This document shows positions 55,301 through 64,000 of a DNA stretch of 64,000 nucleotides, in pieces (position 1 is the first letter of the stretch; each line of letters starts with the position of its first letter). This DNA is from Eledone cirrhosa (lineage: Eukaryota), in contig OZ024745.1 of assembly GCA_964016885.1 (NCBI GenBank), positions 11,346,001-11,410,000 of the forward strand, in the 5' to 3' direction. Made by a program: the position numbers and the translations under genes. The notes beneath the pieces were generated by a model. It saw only the letters and a program-made list of their open reading frames with translations, was not told the DNA's origin and searched no databases.

Positions 55301-58300
55301 TAGCAGCAATAGTAGTAGTAGCAGCAACAGTAGTAGTAGTAGCAACAGTAGTAGTAGCAGTAACAGTAGTAGTAGCAGTAACAGTAGTAGTAGCAGCAAC
55401 AGTAGTAGTAGCAGCAACAGTAGTAGTAGTAGCAACAGTAGTAGTAGCAGTAACAGTAGTAGGAGCAGTAACAGTAGTAGTAGTAGTAGCAACAGTAGTA
55501 GTAGCAGTAACAGTAGTAGTAGCAGCAACAGTAGTAGTAGCAGCAACAGTAGTAGTAGTAGTAGCAACAGTAGTAGTAGCAGTAACAGTAGTAGTAGCAG
55601 CAACAGTAGTAGTAGTAGTAGCAACAGTAGTAGTAGCAGTAACAGTAGTAGTAGCAGCAACAGTAGTAGTAGCAGCAACAGTAGTAGTAGCAGCAACAGT
55701 AGTAGTAGTAGCAGCAACAGTAGTAGTAGCAGTGACAGTAGTAGTAGTAGCAGTGACAGTAGTAGTAGTAGCGGCAACAGTAGTAGTAGTAGCAACAGTA
55801 GTAGTAGTAGCAACAGTAGTAGTAGCAGTAACAGTAGTAGGAGCAGTAACAGTAGTAGTAGCAGTAACAGTAGTAGTAGTAGCAACAGTAGTAGTAGCAG
55901 CAACAGTAGTAGTAGCAGTAACAGTAGTAGTAGCAGCAACAGTAGTAGTAGCAGTAACAGTAGTAGTAGCAGCAACAGTAGTAGTAGCAGCAACAGTAGT
56001 AGTAGCAGCAACAGTAGTAGTAGCAGTAACAGTAGTAGTAGCAGCAACAGTAGTAGTAGCAGCAACAGTAGTAGTAGCAGCAACAGTAGTAGTAGTAGCA
56101 ACAGTAGTAGTAGTAGCAACAGTAGTAGTAGCAGCAACAGTAGTAGTAGCAGCAACAGTAGTAGTAGCAGTAACAGTAGTAGTAGCAGCAACAGTAGTAG
56201 TAGCAGTAACAGTAGTAGTAGCAGCAACAGTAGTAGTAGCAGCAACAGTAGTAGTAGCAGCAACAGTAGTAGTAGTAGTAGCAACAGTAGTAGTAGCAGT
56301 AACAGTAGTAGTAGCAGCAACAGTAGTAGTAGCAGCAACAGTAGTAGTAGCAGTAACAGTAGTAGTAGCATTAACAGTAGTAGTAGCAGTGACAGTAGTA
56401 GTAGTAGCAACAGTAGTAGTAGTAGCAGCAACAGTAGTAGTAGCGGCAACAGTAGTAGTAGCAGTGACAGTAGTAGTAGCAGCAACAGTAGTAGTAGTAG
56501 CAGTGACAGTAGTAGTAGTAGCAACAGTAGTAGTAGTAGCGGCAACAGTAGTAGTACCAGCAACAGTAGTAGTAGTAGCAGTAACAGTAGTAGTAGCAGC
56601 AACAGTAGTAGTAGTAGCAGCAACAGTAGTAGTAGCGGCAACAGTAGTAGTAGCAGTAACAGTAGTAGTAGCAGCAACAGTAGTAGTAGCAGTAACAGTA
56701 GTAGTAGCATTAACAGTAGTAGTAGCAGTGACAGTAGTAGTAGTAGCAACAGTAGTAGTAGCAGTGACAGTAGTAGTAGCAGTGACAGTAGTAGTAGTAG
56801 CAACAGTAGTAGTAGTAGCAGTAACAGTAGTAGTAGCAGCAACAGTAGTAGTAGCAGCAACAGTAGTAGTAGCAGTAACAGTAGTAGTAGCAGTGACAGT
56901 AGTAGTAGTAGCAACAGTAGTAGTAGTAGCAGTAACAGTAGTAGTAGCAGTAACAGTAGTAGTAGCAGTAACAGTAGTAGTAGCAGTGACAGTAGTAGTA
57001 GTAGCAACAGTAGTAGTAGTAGCAGCAACAGTAGTAGTAGCAGTAACAGTAGTAGTAGCAGTGACAGTAGTAGTAGTAGCAACAGTAGTAGTAGTAGCAG
57101 TAACAGTAGTAGTAGCAGTAACAGTAGTAGTAGCAGTAACAGTAGTAGTAGTAGCAACAGTAGTAGTAGTAGCAGTAACAGTAGTAGTAGCAGTAACAGT
57201 AGTAGTAGCAGTGACAGTAGTAGTAGTAGCAACAGTAGTAGTAGTAGCAGTAACAGTAGTAGTAGCAGTAACAGTAGTAGTCGCAGCAACAGTAGTAGTA
57301 GTAGCAGTAACAGTAGTAGTAGCAGTAACAGTAGTAGTAGCAGTAACAGTAGTAGTAGTAGCAGTAACAGTAGTAGTAGTAGCAGTAACAGTAGTAGTAG
57401 CAGTAACAGTAGTAGTAGCAGTAACAGTAGTAGTAGCAGTAACAGTAGTAGTAGTAGCAGTAACAGTAGTAGTAGCAGCAACAGTAGTAGTAGCAGTAAC
57501 AGTAGTAGTAGCAGCAACAGTAGTAGTAGCAGCAACAGTAGTAGTAGCAGCAACAGTAGTAGTAGCAGCAACAGTAGTAGTAGTAGCAACAGTAGTAGTA
57601 GCAGCAACAGTAGTAGTAGTAGCAGTAACAGTAGTAGTAGCAGTAACAGTAGTAGTAGCAGTAACAGTAGTAGTAGTAGCAGTAACAGTAGTAGTAGCAG
57701 TAACAGTAGTAGTAGCAGCAACAGTAGTAGTAGTAGCAGTAACAGTAGTAGTAGCAGTGACAGTAGTAGTAGTAGTAACAGTAGTAGTAGTAGCAGTAAC
57801 AGTAGTAGTAGCGGCAACAGTAGTAGTAGCAGCAACAGTAGTAGTAGCAGCAACAGTAGTAGTAGCAGCAACAGTAGTAGTAGCAGCAACAGTAGTAGTA
57901 GCAGCAACAGTAGTAGTAGTAGCAACAGTAGTAGTAGCAGCAACAGTAGTAGTAGTAGCAGTAACAGTAGTAGTAGTAGTAACAGTAGTAGTAGTAGCAG
58001 TAACAGTAGCAGCAACAGTAGTAGTAGTAGCAACAGTAGTAGTAGCAGCAACAGTAGTAGTAGTAGCAGTAACAGTAGTAGTAGCAGTAACAGTAGTAGT
58101 AGTAGTAACAGTAGTAGTAGTAGCAGTAACAGTAGTAGTAGCGGCAACAGTAGTAGTAGCAGCAACAGTAGTAGTAGCAGCAACAGTAGTAGTAGCAGCA
58201 ACAGTAGTAGTAGCAGCAACAGTAGTAGTAGCAGCAACAGTAGTAGTAGTAGCAACAGTAGTAGTAGCAGCAACAGTAGTAGTAGTAGCAGTAACAGTAG

Positions 58301-59080
58301 TAGTAGTAGTAACAGTAGTAGTAGTAGCAGTAACAGTAGTAGTAGTAGCAACAGTAGTAGTAGCAGCAACAGTAGTAGTAGCAGTGACAGTAGTAGTAGT
58401 AGTAGCAACAGTAGTAGTAGTAGTAGTAACAGTAGTAGTAGTAGCAGCAACAGTAGTAGTAGTAGCAACAGTAGTAGTAGTAGTAACAGTAGTAGTAGTA
58501 GTAGTAACAGTAGTAGTAGTAGCAACAGTAGTAGTAGCAGCAACAGTAGTGGTAGTAGCAACAGTAACAGTAGCAGCAACAGTAGTAGTAGTAGCAACAG
58601 TAGTAGTAGCAGCAACAGTAGTAGTAGTAGCAGTAACAGTAGTAGTAGTAGTAACAGTAGTAGTAGTAGCAGTAACAGTAGTAGTAGTAGCAACAGTAGT
58701 AGTAGCAGCAACAGTAGTAGTAGCAGTAACAGTAGTAGTAGTAGTAGCAACAGTAGTAGTAGCAGCAACAGTAGTAGTAGTAGCAACAGTAGTAGTAGTA
58801 GTAGTAACAGTAGTAGTAGTAGCAGCAACAGTAGTAGTAGTAGCAACAGTAGTAGTAGTAGTAACAGTAGTAGTAGTAACAGTAGTAGTAGTAGCAGCAA
58901 CAGTAGTAGTAGTAGTAGCAACAGTAGTAGTAGTAGTAGTAACAGTAGTAGTAGTAGCAACAGTAGTAGTAGTAGTAACAGTAGTAGTAGTAGCAGTAAC
59001 AGTAGTAGTAGTAGTAGCAACAGTAGTAGTAGTAGTAGTAACAGTAGTAGTAGTAGCAGCAACAGTAGTAGTAGCAGTAA
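49385..59080. repeat. 9.7-kb (GTA)-derived minisatellite, 18/21-bp units (GTAGTAGTAGCAG(C/T)AACA)
   Basis: Directly visible; explains the 3243-aa and poly-L ORFs. Confidence 0.96.
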
Positions 59081-59188
59081 TAGATCAAGAAAACAACTGA
59101 ATGATGTAGTATGAATGTATTAGACTGTTTATAATAGTGATTGGGTGAAAGAGAATAGTTATCGATCTGTCTTTTGTTGCTGCTGTTG

Positions 59189-59608
59189 ATGTGCAGCTAC
59201 AAGTCAGACCAACTGCAGCACCACATATGTGCAGCTACAAGTCAGACCAACTGCAGCATCACATATGTGCAGCTACAAGTCAGACCAACTGCAGCATCAC
59301 ATATGTGCAGCTACAAGTCAGACCAACTGCAGCATCACATAATTGCAGCTACAAGTCAGACCAACTGCAGCATCACATATGTGCAGCTACAAGTCAGACC
59401 AACTGCAGCACCACATATGTGCAGCTACAAGTCAGACCAACTGCAGCACCGCATATGTGCAGCTACAAGTCAGACCAACTGCAGCATCACATATGTGCAG
59501 CTACAAGTCAGACCAACTGCATCATCACATATGTGCAGCTACAAGTCAGACCAACTGCAGCATCACATATGTGCAGCTACAAGTCAGACCAACTGCAGCA
59601 TCACATAT
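59189..59608. repeat. 38-bp tandem repeat, 11 copies (ATGTGCAGCTACAAGTCAGACCAACTGCAGCATCACAT)
   Basis: Near-identical units with no spacers. Confidence 0.95.
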
Positions 59609-60375
59609 ATTCTAGCACCTGGTGGGATTCGGCTGCTATTTCTAGCAGGTCAAACGCCACCATTTCTGGCAGTGTGTTAGACGTTATATAAATCTGTGTT
59701 TTGTGTGTGTGGTGTGTGTATACGTGTCTGTGTGTGTGTGTGTGTATACATGTGTGTGTGTGTATACATGGGTGTGTGTGTCATTGTGTGCGTGGATACA
59801 TGTGTGTGTGTGTATATATATACATGTGCGTGTGTGTGTGTGTGTGTGTATGTATGTGTGTTTGTTTGCCGTGCGGAGAGAGACAGACAGAAACAAAGAT
59901 AGGAAGAGAGAGAGAAAGAGTATAAGAGCGAGGGAGAGAGAGAGAGTGAGAGTAAGAAAGAGAAAAGAAGAAGAGTAAGACAGAAGAGAAAGAGAGATAG
60001 AGTAAGAGAAATTAGGGAGGGTGTTATAATAAAGTGAAATAATGAAAGCATTCTGTGTAGGAACACTATTTACAGATGATAGGAAGATATTTTATTGATG
60101 AAAACCAGAATTTAACAATGGAGTTTTAAGATTACAATCAAAGTCGGGTTTTGAAAAAAAGTATACAATTGATTTCTAGAAAATCTAAAACTGACGACGA
60201 GTATTGTAGAATATTGTGGAGGATATTGTGATGACTAGAATATACATAATCTTTACTACAATATCATGATACAAGTATGTAGATTTTATTATATTTGAAC
60301 TAGATATGAAGGTGTTGATATAAATTTGTATTGCCGTCACTGTACAGTTCCCGGCATATATATATATATATATAT

Positions 60376-60418
<43 letters not shown>

Positions 60419-60421
<3 letters not shown>

Positions 60422-61460
60422 AAAGTTATATTAAATTGTTGGGTTACAACTAGTAAATATTAATAACTGATATAAAAGCACTCGACAAGTATTTGGAGTA
60501 TATTTACGATATTAAATAAATGGAAACTATATTTATAAAACCATATCTATTTCATTATATATATTTCAGGGATATCATATTAACAATATGCTATGCCTTC
60601 CTCAGACAAAATACAATATAAACAGTTTTATAGATAAATAGATTTGACATACCGTACAACATCGACTTGTATTTGAAAAGTTGAATTGGCAGTGAAAAAA
60701 TTGTAAACAGAAAGAAAGAAAGAGAGAAAAAAAGAAAGACAGAAAACGAAGAAAAAGAAGAAAAAGAAGAAATGCATGGAACAAAATAGAGAGATGGAAA
60801 GATAGATAAAGAGAAGAACTTCATGTAAAGAAACAGAGAGAGATATATATAGAGAGAGGAAATAGATAGAGATAGATATATATATATAGAAAAATATGTA
60901 GTTGGACATCCGTTGAGTAAACGTATCAATGATACATTTATTTATTTATTTATTTATTTAGCTCTAGTATTAATGTAATGGAGATATATGTGGTTAGGAG
61001 AGAAACCAGCTGTTATATAGAGAGAAAAATGAAAAGTAACCAGACATAGGCGAGGCATAAACACCCTATGTTTTAATGTAGAAGTATTAATATGTATAAA
61101 AACCAGGCACTATATTGAAAATATCAGTATTCCTGAATGAGACACGTATCCATAATGTGTGAAAAGTAATGATCTTATGTTTAGTTTTAAAAAATTCATA
61201 TGTTTATATGATAACTACAAACATCGATGTGAATTCACATGATCAACTCTGCAAACCCTAAGTTCACACGGAAAACATTCTCATTGTGCTATAAAAATTT
61301 AAGTATAAACATATGTGTATATATATACACATATATATATAGAGTCTATATTACTACTATTCTTGTCTTTACTCTACAAGATTATCTATCAAGCAGAAAT
61401 AGAGAGCAGATTTCAATATATCAATAAAAAATATATCAGAAACAAAAACCAAAAAACAAC

Positions 61461-61493
<33 letters not shown>

Positions 61494-62210
61494 ATAATAA
61501 AATATTACGAAAAAAATATTACATATTAAAAATATTACATATTAAAAATAAAAATATTAGAAAATACTACAATAATAAAAAATAAAAAAAATAAAAATAA
61601 ACCACAAAGATCAACCCTTCAAAATTAATTGACAATATATTGCCAAGTTCATTATAAGCATCAGAGTCGAAAACAGATAAAGCTAAAAATTATTTATCAA
61701 ATCGCATCTAGCAAAAATCATTTCAAAAAGTTTAGGATGCCCATTTGGTCTACATGTGTTCTTATATTTAATATAGAAGTTTATCTAGTGTAACGTTTAT
61801 TCGAAATATTTGGAGCATCAACTTTTAGGGTAGTTTAATTTTCCATGAAGAATGTTTAAATAAAAATACAAAGAAGAATAAAAAGAAGAAATCGAAAGAT
61901 TTATCGGCTAGTTTCCCAAATAATTATAAATCAAACTAAATATACTACATTTTAAATTTAAATTTATATTTAAAAGTTGAGTTTAATCTATGTTTGCAGC
62001 AACTGAATAAATTTGTCCGTAGATTAAGGGAATTTTTAGATTTTAGTATAAAGAATATCTCCTCTGCGCAGAGGTCACATGTCCCAGAGGATGAATTAAA
62101 AGGAATCCCTCTTGAGACTATATTCCAAGCCGTCGAATATCTAACGTTATCTAGCTTAAGTTGCCAGAGTACGCCTGATAGTGCCGTTGAAGATTTTTTG
62201 CTTGGATCTG
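60419..62210 (-). mobile_element. Inverted copy of the PLE 3' portion (GIY-YIG C-terminus, 3' region, HHR)
   Basis: ~61753-62210 is the reverse complement of ~63543-64000; left terminus is homologous to 21908 and abuts (TA)n. Confidence 0.9.
60550..60611 (-). ncRNA. Type-I hammerhead in PLE 3' end
   Basis: TTTTGT-CTGAGGA-AGGCATAGCATATT gtt AATATGATATCCCT-GAAA-TATATA-TA-ATGAAA. Confidence 0.78.
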
Positions 62211-63808
62211 GGCAAATTAAGCAAACACATTCTTGACAGGGTGATACAGCAAATTAAGAACTTGGATTGTTTATCTAACCTGAGCTTGTGGGAGGGAACT
62301 GGAGAGGTTGTTGAGTGGTTTAAGAAAATTAAATATAACAATAATAATAAGTTTATTCAACTTGATATTGCTAACTATTATTCTTCTATTACCTCTAATC
62401 TACTAAATAAGGCACTAAATTACGCATTCAAACATACAGACCTAACTAGCAATGAAATGCATATTATATTATCGGCTAGGAAAACATTGATAGAATTTAA
62501 TGACCAACTATGGACCAGAGCAGATAGAGATAGCAATTTTGACATTACTATGGGATCATCCGACTCAGCTCAGGTAACTGACCTTGTGGGCTTATTTTTA
62601 ATCAATTCGCTACATAGGAAAATACCTGGTATTACCGGAGGTTTATATAGAGATGACATGCTTTTACTTATTGATAATAATAACTCTGAACTAAATAGAA
62701 AATGTAAACAAATTACACAATTTTTTAATTACTTTAATCTTAAAATAGAAATTGAGAACAACCATAGAATAGTCAATTTCCTAGATATAACATTAAATCT
62801 CAACACATGTCTTCACTATCCTTTTCACAAGTTGAATGAAAACTTAAACTATGTCAGCTTTAACTCTAACCACCCCAGATCTGTCAAAAACACTATAGTA
62901 AACTCTGTTCAAAAACGTATCTCTAGAATCTCGTCTAACAGAAATATTTTCGACGAAAAAGCCCAGTACTACAATGAAGCGTTAGCTAGAGCAGGATATA
63001 CTGATAAGATTATGTACATAGATAATGATAGACAAACTAAACAAAATAACAACTATTTTAATTACGGCAACAACCTTAACAACTATAATAGAAAGCATTA
63101 CAATAATTCCAAGGGCCAAAAAAGTAATAGAACTAGGAACATAATTTGGTTTGCCCCCCCCCCTTTCTCACTAAACATTAAAACCCACATCGCTAAACTA
63201 TTTTTAAAGCTCTTGATAATCGCTTCCCTAGAACACATAGGTATCACTCAATTTTCAATAGACATACTATAAAATTAACCTACTCATCCACCAAAAGTTT
63301 AGCACAAAATATTAATAGAATAAATAATAGGAACTTAAAACCTAGTGATAATAGCATAAATAATATACAAGTTAACAAATGTAACTGTAGAGATAGATCT
63401 AAATGTCCGTTAAATAACAACTGCTTAGTTAAAAATATAGTATAAAATTGTAATGTTAAAACTGATTCTAATTCTTTTAACTACGTCGGTTCCACATCGA
63501 CGGAATTTAAACTTCGCTATAATAACCACAAGAATTCTTTCACAGATCCAAGCAAAAAATCTTCAACGGCACTATCAGGCGTACTCTGGCAACTTAAGCT
63601 AGATAACGTTAGATATTCGACGGCTTGGAATATAGTCTCAAGAGGGATTCCTTTTAATTCATCCTCTGGGACATGTGACCTCTGCGCAGAGGAGATATTC
63701 TTTATACTAAAATCTAAAAATTCCCTTAATCTACGGACAAATTTATTCAGTTGCTGCAAACATAGATTAAACTCAACTTTTAAATATAAATTTAAATTTA
63801 AAATGTAG
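62211..63808 (+). pseudogene. Penelope-like (Hydra-clade-like) RT + C-terminal GIY-YIG endonuclease, 5'-truncated; frameshift ~63205 and premature TAA ~63443; element runs past window end
   Basis: FIQLDIANYYSSI, FDITMGSSDSAQV, LYRDD, VNFLDITL, SNHP, WFAPPPF; then CNCRDRSKCPLNNNC, IV*..YVGSTSTEFKLRYNNHK, CDLCAEE, LN..CCKH. Confidence 0.92.
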
Positions 63809-64000
63809 TATATTTAGTTTGATTTATAATTATTTGGGAAACTAGCCGATAAATCTTTCGATTTCTTCTTTTTATTCTTCTTTGTATTTTTATTTAAACA
63901 TTCTTCATGGAAAATTAAACTACCCTAAAAGTTGATGCTCCAAATATTTCGAATAAACGTTACACTAGATAAACTTCTATATTAAATATAAGAACACATG

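Noticed and set aside
49369-59100. 3243-aa V/A/T ORF plus the poly-L and C/Y ORFs
   Set aside because: Translation of a GTA-based minisatellite; several frames are open because units are multiples of 3
59189-59608. CRISPR-like 38-bp repeats
   Set aside because: No unique spacers, no cas genes, eukaryotic context
61994-63759. Identical 80-aa ORFs at 61994 (+) and 63517 (-), and the similar 24011 (+)
   Set aside because: Antisense shadows of the GIY-YIG coding region
62211-63808. Selenoprotein-type (Naiad) PLE recoding
   Set aside because: Endonuclease is C-terminal, cysteines are TGT/TGC and the interrupting stop is TAA, not TGA

Overview
Repeat-dominated animal genomic DNA; the microsatellite load and the Meta-domain-like tRNA-SINE suggest a cephalopod or other mollusc, which is inference only. 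No host gene is confidently identifiable. Mobile elements: a decayed RTE-clade LINE (-), a 5'-truncated R4/Dong-like RT+RLE LINE (+), a full-length but disrupted Tx1/L1-clade LINE in an (ATT)n tract (+), three Penelope-like element (PLE) remnants with C-terminal GIY-YIG (Hydra-clade-like), about 8 SINEs and a putative hAT TIR pair. There are also several large mini- and microsatellites. The standout feature is a dense set of about 20 hammerhead ribozyme (HHR) motifs found by eye. Twelve lie in a 6.3-kb element made of eleven near-identical 523-bp monomers, each with an intact type-I HHR, preceded by a spacerless fold-back inverted copy and inserted in (TA)n. This looks like a retrozyme or circular-RNA-derived non-autonomous retroelement. 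Nearby palindromic (TA)n-embedded modules carry further HHRs, including U3-A8 compensatory core variants. All RNA structures were paired manually and none has been computed or tested.
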